63,575 bases of DNA, filler included, from Sphacelaria rigidula (GCA_964200075.2; 11 parts of 11 records of this genome joined end to end with filler, not necessarily neighbours in it); one strand, 5' to 3'; positions 8,792-22,909 are shown, counted from the whole stretch's first letter. Translations and numbers: made by a program. Notes: generated from the letters alone by a model not told the origin.

Positions 8792-11700
8792 GTAAGTGAT
8801 TCATTGCCACAATATCCAACTCTATTCACGACACTGTACTTGAACTGTCCAGAAACTTGGACTACTCTGCTCGCTTCTGCTAATAGACTTCATTTGATTC
8901 TTACCGGAAACGGGGGAGGTCATGAGCTTGTGACCGCACCGCGGGGCGCTCCTACCAGCTGTTCACTGTAGATGGATGCATGACAGTTTGGCGTAAGCAA
9001 TAACACGCGTGCAGGGAGCAAAATATTGGGTCCTCTCTTTGTAAATGGCTGCGGTGTTTGAGCCTCGAGGGTGTGTGCCTGTTCACACCGTAATGTGTAT
9101 GCGCCTATCTATGTTGGAGATCGAAGGGAAAATTGTTCAGTCAAGGGTATGAGCTGGGCCAGTCAACAAACCCCCACCCCTCCGGCACACGATACTTGTG
9201 AATCAACACGATGTGAGTCCATCACTACTGTGAAAGGCAGACCTACCTGCTGTTGCAAGCTCCGCCGCTAAAAACAAAACATGTACTGGATAAAAGATGA
9301 TGACCGCAGCGGCGGAACCAGATTATCGTAAAACTCGAGTAGCTCATGAATTGTCAGGATTTGAACTCATGACCTTCCGCCCTGTAAAAGGTCTCCTGTA
9401 CCAGCCAGCCAGTCCACAGGGTACAGCGGTATCACAAAAAACGTGGATTACCCCGGCCACTTTTTATTGTTTCGGCCGAAAATTCTCGTGGGCTTTCCAC
9501 ACGGAAGTTGAAAATTCCTCATGGAAGCAACCAGATGTTTTTTTCGTCGAGTTCTTTCAAAAAAGAGTTTTTACTTTTTCCTCTCCAGAATTTCGAACCG
9601 CTTTGGATTTCATTTTATTTATTTCATGGGTAACGTTCGTTACTTTCTGTGTACTGCTCATCATAAAATCCCGTGTCAAAATTTCAACCAAGACCGATTC
9701 TTGGACCGTGTCTTGCCCGGTTTTTCAGGGTCGTATTTTTCACTTTTGGGACATATGACACAGTGTTAGATCCCCTCACAGGAAAGTAATGCTGTATCGA
9801 CATCACATATCGTGGAGAGTTTGCAACGCCTCACCGAAACGAGCCTAGCTCACTTTCCTGATTCGCTTGGCTCTGAGGTTTCGTGAATACATGAACATGC
9901 GTGCAGATACCACCTCTTCTTTCTTGCAGTAGGATTTGTCCAGAGGTCAAGAGGCGGCCTGACTCCTACAGTGAAGTAGGGCAAAGGTGTAAGAATTCAC
10001 AACAGGAATTACTTCCTAGCCCAGCTTGTATCCTTGTCCGATCTCCGTCCAATCGACATTTTTCAACGGTTACAGGTGGCTTGAATGCGCTCTGTACAGA
10101 GGGAGACCCCTTTGGCAGTAATGTGACGTAACCTAGATATGCGGCTTCCCTGGGGTCAAACCAAATTTTTGGTTGGCGGCTGGTTGTGAAGCAATGAACA
10201 TGAGACGAAGAGGCTCGAGGTGTTCGTCGAACGTGTCGGTGATCACTGAAGTATTGTCGATACAGAACAAAATACCGGAGTCTGGACTCAGATATTCACA
10301 GACAACCAAGGTGCAAACACGAACTCCGAGCAGCATGCGCAAAAACACACATTAAACCGGACGAGGATGTGAAAGCAGTCCTATTCACGTCCTGAGCTGC
10401 GACCGGTAGGTGCCAAAAGGTTGACGTGGTGACCGCTACAATAGTGACGAAGCGGACGCAATCTACGGCATCCAGGCACGTACCCATGTTGGGGAGGGAG
10501 CAAGATTTCCTACTCCGATTGTTGTTCGAAAGTGGTACGGTAGCCAACGAAAAAACGAGGCGAGCCATTTATTTTCGCGACCACTACGTGGCGGCGAACC
10601 TAACGCGCTGGAGCGTTCTTCAATGGTCTTATGTTAAATCATTTCTTATTACATATATCTCGACGGCTTCGACAGTACGAGGATTTGAACGGTACTGGGG
10701 TGGAGTTTTAAGTCAGGGACCGGAAAAGTAGCTTCCGTGACAAAGCAAGCTTCGACTCCTTGTGAAGACAGTGAGTAGGCAGGCCGGAAATTGGGCGCAT
10801 AAAGTACGAATGCTGCTCCGCTGATCACCTGTGACGGTGGACTCGTAAAATGCACCGGGCAAAGATTCTCGGAGCTTGTGGCTAGCCTGACCCAACTCAA
10901 CAGGTGTAGGCGGACTTTTCGACTTTTCGCAAATACGCGAACATGCGATTGTGCCGAATCAACCGTAGGGAGTGTACAAGGTACCGAGAAGTAGCCTATT
11001 ATTGGTAAGGATACGGCATCACACGATGTATTTGCACCCTGAACTACTACACAACCATTCTCTGCTAACGATCGACGTAGACGAGGTGAGTGCGACGATC
11101 ATAATTTCGGAAGCTACGGGGCGATCGACTCTGTGTGTTTCATCGGCTGTCACCAGTCGTCCAACACCAACTAATTGTACAAGAACACGGATGGGGCGAC
11201 AGTCAGTGAACGCTTAGATACAAGCGCTTCGTGACAAGGGTGAACTTTTACAACGCATTCCGACAAGTTGACCGGTTTTATTCTAGCGTGAGCATGTACA
11301 GCTGCTACGGTCCAGTCGACTGCATTCCGCTGAAAGGCGGAGCAGGTTCCTGAACACGTGCATGACGGGAGTAGGTTTCCCCCCGTTGTAGAATACAAAG
11401 TCTTGCATTTCTCGTAGAAACAGCCAATCATCTATGTTGAGGATGGTGCTTTTGATTGAGGATGAGAACCCGGAGGATTANNNNNNNNNNNNNNNNNNNN
11501 NNNNNNNNNNNNNNNNNNNNNNNNTTAATTAATTAANNNNNNNNNNNNNNNNNNNNNNNNNNNNNNNNNNNNNNNNNNNNTGTGAAAGACTACAGGAGTC
11601 TCCAGACGCACACGTCATGGATGTACCGAAAATGAAACCCCGGAGCGGTCGGGTTGGGTTTGTCCAATGAGATCACGCTACGGGCGAAGTGTGTCCAATT

Positions 11701-13852
11701 GTGTGCATCGATAAAACTCTCGCAGAACAGCACAAACTCCTATGTATGTGATTTTTGTCGGATCTGTGAAATACCTCAATTCGAGCTCGGTGCACGAATG
11801 CGTCACATTAGTATACTTGAAATTAGAGTATTACACCGTTTTGGTGGGCTGCATCATCAAAAGTTGGCGAGCGTAGGAAGCCACACTACACGGCCGGCGA
11901 CAATGATATGGCGGAGCACGTGGAAATCCCGTCGCCACATGTGGAAGTGCTGAAGAGCGACCCATATGCAATTCACGTTCAGCTGGAAGAGGTGGCTGGG
12001 AAGTACGGCCAGGACGCTGCCAGGCGTTCCGCTGCAACAGCCGCTAGAGCGGTTGGGGCAACCCATTGCCCCCCGGCGCACACCGCCCCCCCCGCTCGCT
12101 TACCGAACGTCAGCACAGTAACGGGAGCAAGAGAAAACGCCGGAGGCACACGGGACTATGTGGAAGATATCAGGCGGACGTGATTGCCAGCGTCCAGACA
12201 GGCGACATACTGGCAAACGGTCGACAACCGACCGCGAACGCCTTTCGCAACCAGCCTAACCCAACTACAAGTACAATCAGTAAACACACTTCACACTTCA
12301 CTACAGTCCAATACAACTGAAGAACGATGTTACGGTGTTCCATGCTAGAAGACAGTAGGTGTGTAATATCATTGCATGAAATCCCCACGCCGTCCACGAG
12401 GACAGACGGCCCGAACGCGATAGTGCAAGCTGGACTAATATACCTCACGCAGCACAAAGTGGGGCTATGCAACGTTCAGGCATGATCAACACGCATTGTA
12501 GAGGTGGTGTCGTGGAAACGTACAGCACAATGCGCAGGATGCTATGTGCGGTAAGATCACAGTCTACGAAGTGACAGCCTGTATCGGATACGTCAAAGTA
12601 ACGGCCCCCGCCTCCGCTGCACCAGGAGTATGTATAACGGCGGGGTACATGACATCCTCGTCACCGTTATGGAATGATCAAAGCGCAGTGTGGTGCCGTA
12701 CGGTATAAACGCGGACGACAGAGTACAGTAATGTGCATGGCGTGAGTTTACACTTGAAATAAACTGAAAATACCAATGTCATACGCAGTACAGAAGAGAA
12801 GGTGGACACATCTCCACAGGACCTGACGGTGACTGTCTCCGAATACAGACAGTAGACGGGAGCATAACTGAGGTAAATGTGCCGTCGGCGTCGCCTTTGT
12901 TATTGCAACTTGGGCGCAGGTGCGGCGTGAAGGTTGCTTCACGAAAGATCAGCCATGCTCTCTGGCGGGGGTTCGAAAACACCGACGGGTCGAACAATTC
13001 GTCATACCCGTAAAATAGAGAACCTTCTCTTCTCCCACGTTCCATTCGCACGGGTCTGAAAAATACGCTTTGGGCGAATCGTTTGCTCAAAGGCTGTAGA
13101 AAAACAGTAGAAAAACAACCATTTCTTGCCCGAAAAAACGTCAAATGTAAATCATCAATTTTCTATCAACGGTTCCACTGGGGTAACTAAATTAGCGGGC
13201 CAAGCCCGCATCACAAGTCAGAACTCCCACACAAATAATAAGGTAATCCAAGGTGAATTGAAAAAAGCGCGACTACGGCCGAACGCTCAAACTCGGCATT
13301 CGCCCCAAATTGAGGACCTGTCCACAAGCAGGCGGAGGACTAAAACATGGGGCATGTCCTGTTTCACTGTACCGCAGCAAAAACGCCCTCGCGCTCTTTG
13401 TCATGTGTTGGAGCTTTCACTGTCTGTACTCTGGGGTGTTGACGCATTTAATAAACGGTTTGGATCGTATGAGCTTCGATATTGTCGTTGTGTTCGTCTC
13501 CCCAGAAAACAATGTTAGTCGGCACGCAGTACTGGCTGCACACTGTTGAAAACTCCATGGTGTATTGGCTGTTTCGTCTTTCGTAAAACGAACAAGGCGA
13601 TGTCCGCTGCTGTGACAATCCAGCTGGCGCTGTGCGTTGGGGCCGTGCACTGCACTGTACTACTCTGTCTGTGCAGCTTTCTGTACTGTAATATGTATTA
13701 CTGATACCATGTGAGTGCGGGCTTCATTGGCCGTGACATTCGACCGCACAAACACTAGGTTTCAGACTGCTCTCCTGGCGATTCCCAATGAAAATGGAGC
13801 GATCTGATAGGTGAGTTACGAAGCGAATCTGTCCCGCCCCAAATGCAGTCTG

Positions 13853-14037
13853 CCGGCATCTTCGCGTTGTCTGGTGGCCGCAGTTTTATTCTGGCCAAAC
13901 TTGAATTTTTGTCCAAGAACGGCCAGGAACGATCAAAATCTAGGGGGGAAATCCATTTTTCTGTGGAGTCGACAGTCTCTGGACGCTCGCTCGGCCAAAA
14001 TAAAACTGCGGCCACCGGAAAATGCGAAAATGTCCGG
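13853..14037. repeat. ~44-bp inverted repeat with ~97-bp spacer (MITE-like)
   Basis: CCGGCATCTTCGCGTTGTCTGGTGGCCGCAGTTTTATTCTGGCC versus GGCCAAAATAAAACTGCGGCCACCGGAAAATGCGAAAATGTCCGG. Confidence 0.75.
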
Positions 14038-14822
14038 GAACCGCCTCAACGAGGAGAGCAAGTCATTCCAAGGTGTCAAACTCCACCTGTAATAAAACGA
14101 GGAAGAAGGACCAAGAAGTATTTTTACACGACTTTTTTTTTGTTTGCTTTGAGGAGCGGCCTAAGACCGTGTCTCATCGAGACCGAAAGAAAAAGCGGGA
14201 AAAGGAACAAGCGTCCTAGTCCAGCATGTTGATTGGTCGCCGGGCGGGTCTATGGTTTCGGTGACTAATCAACATGCTGCTTTTGGACGCTTGTTCCTGT
14301 TCCTGATTGTTTTTTAGTGTTGATACGACTCGACCCAAGCACTGGTACGATGCCAATAGACGCCAATAGGCATCGTGTTACGGTTGAGACAGGGCATAAC
14401 CGTACTGTACGTGGAACTAACGCCGTAGCGCCGTGAGCGCTAAGAACGATACGCACACATGATATAAATACACTAGAGATAGGGTCCGTGGGCAAAAATG
14501 CCGTCGGAGCGGGTTCGGACGGTTCAAGATTTTGGACGGATTCACAAATTCCGACGGGTTCCGGATTTTGCTGATGGATGCCGGATTCCGGACGGAATCC
14601 AGGGGCACAACAACATGCATTCAGTTGCGACTGCACTTGCCTGTTTTGTTTGACCACGAATCTGAATGAGGGCGCTGACGGATGCAAATCATCGCTGAGG
14701 TGATGACACTGAATAACAATCGTGCACGCCTACCTTCCGCTAGAGCATGGCTCTAATACTCGAGGGTTACACAACATTATACCACGGGTATCACCCACCC
14801 TTCCACCCGCCCCCGCCCCCCT

Positions 14823-14912
14823 GCTCCGTCTCGAAAGGGATGCGTGGTCAATGGTCAAACCACTGAGGCAAGCAACAAATGAGTACGCCCCCCCCCGCCC
14901 CGCCCCCCCGCC
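14823..14912 (+). mobile_element. Extreme 3' end of a LINE with poly(C) tail
   Basis: GCTCCGTCTCGAAAGGGATGCGTGGTCAATGGTCAAACCACTGAGGCAAGCAACAAATGAGTACG-(C)n. Same terminus as the LINE fragment at 52168-53150. Other copies at ~15928-15992 and 18490-18532. Confidence 0.75.
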
Positions 14913-16552
14913 CCAATCTACCGAATTTCATTTTTACGAGCCGTAGTTGCGTGGACATTCAATTCGCGCACACTACCTCATCGCGATAAAGGGCTCTTAA
15001 CAATTCAAACCCGAGAATTTTTGGTGCACTCCTACAGTGGTACCACTCTGAAAGAGGATAAATCCGCGAATCCGCCAGGTTTGAAAAGCGACGGATCCGG
15101 ATTCCCAACTGCACTCCCAATCCGGATTGGCGGACGAATTTACGGCGGATTTGAACAGGTTCGCGGAGGGGAATCTGGATTTTACAGACCCGGATTCAAT
15201 CCGTCGATTACGGAGCGAAGTGCATCTGTAATATACACCCTGTACAGGAAGTCGATGCTCATGACATATAATCTGCGACCGTGCACTCATGGACCCTTGA
15301 ACGCCCTGCAATTTTGTTGCGAGCAAGAGATTTTCTCCGGTGCCAGTCGCACGAGTTTGAGAATGGTTTCCGTTGGCGGAGATGGATGCCAGAAAGATAC
15401 GGGGGCTTAGCAGACGTGATGCGAGCGAAAAAATGTTGAGCAAACGGGCGTGCAGCAGCATTTTGCCGTGGTCACGCCACTGTTGGAGCATGGCAGTAGT
15501 CAAGACGTAAAGGGCTCCGAGCAAGCCGGATGGACGCTAAATAGGACCAGCGACATTTCTGCATTGACCAATGAAATCGCAGCAGCTTAACATGGTTGAG
15601 CGGGCGGGACTGAAGCATTTTGTTGCGAATGTATCCAAGACGCATGAATCGAGCGAGGCTGTCGTCACTTCCCTAACGCTCAGCGCCACGAGCTCCCGTT
15701 CGGGCAGCAAACATTTGTAAAGGGGAAACGTCCACCGCTACGTTCTCCATTCGCGTTGCTCGTGTGAGTTCATCGACTCGTGCCCTTTCCGCCCAGTTGG
15801 CGGCGGGTAGCGAAGAGAAACATTCGGCATACTCCACGCGCACAATCGCAAGACCACCTCACCAACCACACACACGCCGCCTGCAGCATTTATCCCCCCC
15901 CCCCAAAAAAAGCAAAAAAACTGTCGAGAGGGATTCGTGCTCGATGGTCAAATGACTACGGCGAGCAACGAATCAGTACGCCTACCCCCCTCCAATAAAT
16001 TTGCCACGCCCTGTCGCTGTTCAGCAACACCTGTGTGTGCGTGATGACTGTATGCACGCACTACCGTTGACGTGATGACGGCTGCTGTTATGTTTCGTTA
16101 GAAGTTCTAATATCCTGATGATGAGGCAGCAATGCTGGTGGCCGTGGCGTATCCACGAACATCTATGACGCGTGGCGTATGCCTGGCAACTGCCTCATCT
16201 ATGTAGGCATTGTCTCTCCGCCAAAACGACTGTTCCGAACCCCCGGCGAAAAACTAGCAAGCGGCCTACGAGCGCATGGGCGCGTCAAGGTTCAAGCACA
16301 GCATCTGTGAGCGGGGTATTGTGCTATGTGGGGGCGATGAGTACACTGCACACCCGGCCCGCCATTGTGAAGCAGGGTGCGAGAAGCCAACCCTGAGACT
16401 AAAAAAACACAAAAACTTCGGGACCAGAGATATGACTCAATGAGAGTAGATCTACACTAATTCCTACATACCAAGCGGCCGCGTCCCTGTAGTCTCACTA
16501 TACAAATGACATCATGGGGGCGGGGAAAATGCGGGTTCAATTTCCGCAATAT

Positions 16553-16908
16553 GTGTGTGTGTTGTCGTCCCATCTATTCTGGACGCCGGTCCACACCTTT
16601 CGGTATATGTAGGCGCACCAGCCGGGGTCACACAGGAGGAAGGCCAACACGTGATTTTTTTCTCCTTTGTTTGTTTTGGTTCTCCACCTTCCTTCTGCGA
16701 TGCCTGCCTTAATATTTTATCGCGAGAGGGGTCCAGCATTCCCTTTCCCTCGTCGACCATTGAGTCGAATTCACTGCACCCACGACATAGTAGCTCTCCA
16801 CTGTTCTTTGACATGGTGTGAAAAAAAATCCCAGATCGCTGCGAGATTCGAACCCACGCCTCAACCGTCAGAAGGTTTTGACGTTACTGATTGAGCCACC
16901 GGGGCGAC
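16553..16908 (-). mobile_element. tRNA-derived SINE (family A), full length ~355 bp
   Basis: Minus-strand head GTCGCCCCGGTGGCTCAATCAGTAAC...GGGTTCGAATCTCG carries A and B boxes. It is followed by a non-tRNA body and an (AC)n tail. The body is repeated at 50611-51999. Confidence 0.8.
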
Positions 16909-17000
16909 TGCCAATGTGCGTCTCGTTTTTCCGACGACGTTGCCACAGTACCTATTTGGCCGAGTGCCACAACAAGTTGAAGGACGAACGTGCTGTTTGC

Positions 17001-17125
17001 TTGACCCTTTTGGAACCCACTGACGATTCATGTTTTGTGAATCGGTATCTTTTTTACTTGAAAATGACTGAAAGTGGCGCCGATTCACAAAAACAAAATT
17101 CATCAATTCGTTCCAAAAGGGTTAA
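17001..17125. mobile_element. Palindromic piggyBac-like MITE (~125 bp)
   Basis: TTGA-CCCTTTTGGAAC ... GTTCCAAAAGGG-TTAA, plus inner arms TTTTGTGAATCGG / CCGATTCACAAAA. Confidence 0.7.
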
Positions 17126-18247
17126 ATTTTGACATCGAGCGTCGCCTCGGAGCGGTTTCACAGGCTGACAGTCCGGAGACATTCGGGATATTTTCCAGTG
17201 GCCAGGGGTGTACTCATGATCATGCATGCCATGGTCAGCAGACCACTGACCTCGCATCCCTACAAAGCCNNNNNNNNNNNNNNNNNNNNNNNNNNNNNNN
17301 NNNNNNNNNNNNNTTAATTAATTAANNNNNNNNNNNNNNNNNNNNNNNNNNNNNNNNNNNNNNNNNNNNAGAGAGGAGCCTAGTCTGCTTTTCAGATTCG
17401 CTTGGCTCCGAGGGTTCGATATTGGCCGCGAAACAAAAATTCGTGCTCGAAAAATTGTGCGGCCCCCACCAGTTTGGGCAAACTAGGCTCCTCTCTGTGC
17501 GGTGATGCAAAGTGTCCGAGACGTGTGTTGTCGATTTTCTTGGTTTGGGGATCAAAAGGTGGGTCAAACGTCCCAAAAGTGAACAATCCGTGAGCCAGAA
17601 ATCTGTTCACCATAACATCCGGCCTCATCAGAAGATTTGTAATGGATCAAAGGACACGTGTGCAAATTTGCGGAGTGTAACTCCGAAAAACAGCGTCAAG
17701 TTTTGCCGATGAACATATTTTGGGTCATAAGCGTAAACCAGCCTGTATTGTAAGCTCCCTTCCTCGCTTTCGATACACACTGTGCTGTAGTTGGAATACT
17801 TGTACTTTTGATCGGCAGTGTATCGATAGCCGCTGGTGTATGTTATCCCGCACTATCTGAATCCTTCTTCTCCTTTATTAGGTTATTGTACACGCATATC
17901 GCGTTGACAGTGTGGGTACACCCGGATCAAGTTGAACTTATCAACCTGATTCAACGCATTTTCACGTTGTCAACCCGTAGCTCATCTCCTCAGAACACGA
18001 AAAAAACCGGACAGCTGTGTCGTGTGTCACCGACCACCCGTATTGTGCTCGTTGGCGTTTTGTGTCACAGTCGAATATAATCGGAATGGTAACATAGTTC
18101 TCATGAATGAGGGAGTTCACGCGATGATGGAACCTGAGATTTTACGTAGCGACAATAAGGTATGCTGAACAGCGAACGCGATCATGCACGTCAAAAGCCC
18201 AACCTGGACCCATACATCGTATTCTATTTCCATTCCACCTCAATTAG

Positions 18248-21200
18248 GATGCAAGTATTCTCCAGTCTTGGGGCCGTCGTCCTGTTCCTAGTCGACAGCT
18301 ACTACATGGCTTCGGCGTATATAATTTGGGCAATAAGACTCGAGGTGAGCGACGACATTCTTGCACATATTGTTAGTCGGAAAAGTAAATCATTCCCCCG
18401 TGAAGGGGCGTAAAAGGTTCTTGTGTAATATATGGAAGAAACGTAATGAGCTACGAAAGGAAAGTAATGAGCGCCAGNNNNNNNNNNATTGGTCAATGGT
18501 CAAATGACTAAGGCAAGCAACAAATGAGTACGTGAAGGGGCGTGTCGCGCCCCTCTACTCCTTCATATCAGGGTTGTTTTGAGCTTATGAACCATTTTTT
18601 CGTGCAATACACATGGGTATGCAGGGGCCCGCAAGGCTAAGGCCGTGGCCTTGTGTTAGCCCTGGGAGACCTGGAGCTTTCTCACGAGAGTTAATTTTTT
18701 TTTTGGAAGGTGGTCATAACTAGCGTTTTGCTCCCAAAATTGTGGCGAATATGGAGTGGAATTTACAAGTCGCGAACGCATACACATTGAGTACTTTGGA
18801 CACGAAAATCTTGGCGAACACGCCGATGAAAAGGCAATCTTACCAGGACTCCAATATCCTGGTCGACAGCGAATCGCCGACTTCTAGTGTGCTGATGAAG
18901 TAGCGTGAAATGGATTCACCCATGGTTCGGAGGACCTTGGTTCGAAGGTATCCTGGCAGAGCTTCTTTGCATCATACGGTCAACGCGTGGACAAATCAGA
19001 ACTGCCGGTTAGCAAAAACATTTGTCAGCTCAGCTACCGAGTACATCACTCAACGAAGTATCGATGCGTTGCCTGCGTTCGTTGACCGACTCTTTCCCCG
19101 TGTTGCACGCTACCACACACTTGTAATTTTCTTCACAATCTTCACTGGCATGATACCACCACCCGCGCGCCCGCTGTACCGGTACATACTAGGTATTTTT
19201 CGCCGTATATTTCGCGTTCAACTACTTCTTCGAGCTGCTAATATCGAAGAACCGTTGGGCGCACGTGATAAGCCTCCTTGGGATTGTGGACCTCGTCACC
19301 ACCGTGCCAGTGTTTGTCGCTATCGCAACGGACATGTCCGAGCAGTCTCCAACCGGCTTCGTTCGGCTCTACCGGGTGCTCATGTTGCCAAGTGTAAGTT
19401 TGTTGATGTCTTCTGATCGCGGCGAGCTCACCCAGCTGTTTATTGCCCAGTCCACAATTATTATTAATAGTGAGAGTTGTCGGTGCCATCTCGCTCAGGT
19501 AGCCCAGTACGTTTTGCACATGAGAACCAGCACAGCACTGAAATGGCTGGGTCATACATTCGAGCGGGCGAGCAGCCCAATCAGCGCACGAGTCACTCAT
19601 CACACCGATCTTTGAATAATAATCAGCACACTTCAAATATGTCTTCATCTTCGTGTTCGGCTACCGCAACAACGAAATTAGAATTTCACTACAGTACATG
19701 TACCGTGGGCGTAAAAGTTACCGTCATGAAGTGGGACCATTTGCTGAACGCAGTTGCCGTGCCGTACGGTATGGGGGCGGATGGACGTACAATCCGTTCA
19801 TTGAATGATGTCGTTTCCCCACGTTGAGTCCGGCAGATGTGCCTCCTGGTCCATACACGTTCGGTGTACTCCCAAATTTTGAAAGCACTCAACGGGACTT
19901 TAACGGGTAAACACGGGCAGAAGACACCACCTCCTCTGGATGTTGTGTTGACGACACATTTGGGCGAGCTAATCCTACGTTTCAATGAGGCTAAATATTA
20001 CACGATATGAAAAAAATTCAGTCGGCGTTCGACGAATGAGCATTTTCTCGCTCACCTGCAAGTATTCATCTACCTAGTGTGTAGGGTATGTGCCTAACTT
20101 TTTCCTGGGGACATGCGGAGGCGCAGCCCGAACGCCTGCAATACTTTCACGAACCCCATCGCACAGGTATTTAAGCCCCTTCGGCTGCTGAGAGCAGTAC
20201 AAACTCGAAACCCCGGGCAGGATGCGGTGATGGAGCAGACCATCAAGGCCGCATCATATTTCGTGTCCACGCTCTTCATTGCATCCGGCCTGGTACAAGT
20301 GAGTCAGGTTTGCTTCACACGTGCCGCGATATTACGGGGTGGTCCTCTATGCGTTGTACAGGAAAATATGAGGCACACACATGTAACTTCCATCTATCTT
20401 GTCACGGGTTTGGTTTTCTCTTGTCATCGACCGACCCGTCGGAGGCCAAGCTTCATCGTGCACTCCTCACGGTGCCATTATCCATCTCTGGGACCCTGCC
20501 ACGGGAGACGTGAGTATGTCTCCCCCCCGTCTAGTCGCTTCCGAGGTATGTTACAATATTTCTGCAGGTATTGTAGCTCGTCCGCTGTGATTCACAGAAC
20601 CTTGACTTTTCCACACAGAGAGTGGTTCTGTTCCAGGATTATGAGTTGCAGAGTTGTGGCTAGTACCGACAACCATCAGCTGGACGGTAGTCGCTATTCT
20701 TATGTGTACTGCCTGGAAGTTTGTACCTGCCAGCAAAACAGAGAAAAGGATACTTCGTTAAGAAGGGCATTTCCCCCCACACGTGAACAGGGTCCTATGG
20801 AGAGTACTCATCAAAAACTGACCTGGTGCACCGGAAAAAGTTCTGTACGCAGGTATCCCGTCAGGCGAAATATTGATCACTGGGGACATATACGACGGTC
20901 GGCATCTACTTCAAGGGAAATGGAAGATATTCAATAATAATTCCCCCCCCCCCTCAAACAAATTGCCTGGTGAATAGTGCACAATTCCGTACCCGCGTAC
21001 AGAGAGGTATACCAGCACCTTGGGGCCAGAATACGCATAGCACTTGTTACTGGTAATATTTTTTTCACGTCCCTGGATCAATTGGGCCTGTGGACTGGTT
21101 GGCGACCAATCTAGAGTTGTTCGGTATTCAGGTACATCTCCTCCGCAGCACCAGCAAATCACTTGACTTTAGCGCGGGATTGCGCTACTTGAGTAAGTAG

Positions 21201-22770
21201 AACGCGATATAATTAATTTCCTTGATTTCAGAGTGACGAATCACTACTCGCTGACGATGTGGTTGATAAATTCTTGGTATCAGAGTGCTGAAGAGGAAGT
21301 AGGCGACTCCAGTCGGTATCATTCATAACCACTCGAGATGTATCACGACACGGCAAACATACTGTCTGTCTTTAACATGGAGTTAATTGACTAGTTGGCT
21401 CATACTCCCCATCCCTTCGGCTTAGATTTTGATCGCAGGGCAGGGGTGGCTTCACTGCCTTCGGCTAGTTGGGTCCCTTGGTGCCATTTGCATGATAAAT
21501 CTTTGATGATGAGGTACGGGAAAATAGCCTGCTATCACTTCACTCGTGCCAGCAAGAAGGGCGGTGACAAGATGTGCGTGTAAATCACTCCAATTACATC
21601 TGTCAACAATGCTTCGACGTCATACCTTCAAAATAATGACATGATCGTTACGTACGGAAGGAGGCGAGACGCGAACCCCATAATATCACACCATGTTTCC
21701 GACCACATGTTTTGTACCCGGGAACATAAGTACCCAGTTTGTACCGTTTCCTTCTCCTCAAAACGGAGGTGGTTTCACGTGTATTGAGCACAGAGCGTAC
21801 CCGCGCACAGTGCCGGGCATAGTGCGCGGATTTTGAAAAAATACGGCCTGCCGCGACTAACAGCTACTTGGTATCGTTACATAATATGCTGTGTGATGTG
21901 TGCTGGTCCAGGCGCTGTCGGTGGGTAACGCAGCGGAATGGGGAGACCTGAACGCGTCAGGTTTAGACGAGAACCGAATGGCTTTTCACGATGCCCTGTA
22001 CTTCATCATCGTCACTTTCAGGCAAGCCTGTGCCCTCCACAATTGTGCATGAAGATAAGTCGCTGATGCCGAGATATGAGTATCGTAACTTTAGCTTGAT
22101 CGGCGCCTCCAGCCTCCCTGTGGAATCCCCTGTATGAAATCGCCTCCATATAACTACGCGTTCCCGGCCTGAGCCTACTTTCTGCGGAAACGCCACCACT
22201 CATGCACCTGGCTCACGAGCAGTTTCTCTTTGCTCTGCTGCAGCGCAGCATGTCGCCTGAAAGGTATCCTCATAAACGCAGACGCTACGAGCAACGTAGA
22301 TACTGAGAGAGAAGACACACATAGTTCATTTCCGACCTCAATGGCAAACCGAAAGTTTAGCGTCACCTTGGAGCACGAGTCCGTTCCGAGTCTAAGTGTT
22401 TCGGAAGAAATACAAGCACGTTGCGTCATTATCCAGTTGACGCTCGAAGAAACGCATCATTTCTTGAAACCTTAATTTTTTTGTCTGTCTAGGAGTTTAC
22501 GTCGTATTAGAGTCTAGTTGGTGCACTCGGGAAGCTAAGTCATACGCTGCAGAACTGACCCCATCTGTTTGCGTCCGTCCTCTCCCCTCTCCATTGTCTC
22601 CCTCGTACTCTCTCCCAATTCTGCGCAGCACCGTTGGATATGGCGACATTAGCCCACCAGACACGCAATCCAGGCTCGTGGTCGTCGTGCTAGTGGGCTT
22701 CTTCTTCTTCATGATACCTCGGGAGCTCAACGCCCTCAACCGGCTACTAGATCTTAGCAGCAAGTACACT
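18248..22770 (+). CDS. Partial multi-exon gene: 6TM potassium channel (BK/Slo-like calcium-activated K+ channel), S1 to S6
   Basis: Phase-compatible exons: 18248-18344 (MQVFSSLGAVVLFLVDSYY...LE), 19193-19393 (VFFAVYFAFNYFFELL...IVDLVTTVP...GFVRLYRVL), 20167-20298 (VFKPLRLLRA...STLFIASGLVQ), 21912-22021 (...FHDALYFIIVTFS), 22629-~22770 (TVGYGDISPPDTQSRLVVVVLVGFFFFMIPRELNAL...SKY). The K+ filter TVGYGD is established. The BK assignment is by overall resemblance, since no RCK domains lie on this contig. The last donor site is uncertain. Confidence 0.9.
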
Positions 22771-22909
22771 GTGAGAGGGAGGGATATTGACACTACTAGC
22801 ATAAAAAGAAAAACTAAGAAAAAAAACATTTGACTTCAGAACTGACTCATTTTTGAAAGCATAAGAGTCGCTGGGAAAACCTGCCAGTATAGTATTTTGG
22901 GGTGTACAT

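Noticed and set aside
16835..16908. tRNA gene
   Set aside because: A and B boxes are present but the acceptor stem does not close, and it runs into a repeated body. It is a SINE head. The same applies to 22910-22975 and the weaker remnants at ~9340-9420 and ~45740-45810.
20113..20937. 274-aa ORF as a stand-alone gene
   Set aside because: Only 20167-20298 is channel exon. The rest is read-through into intron.
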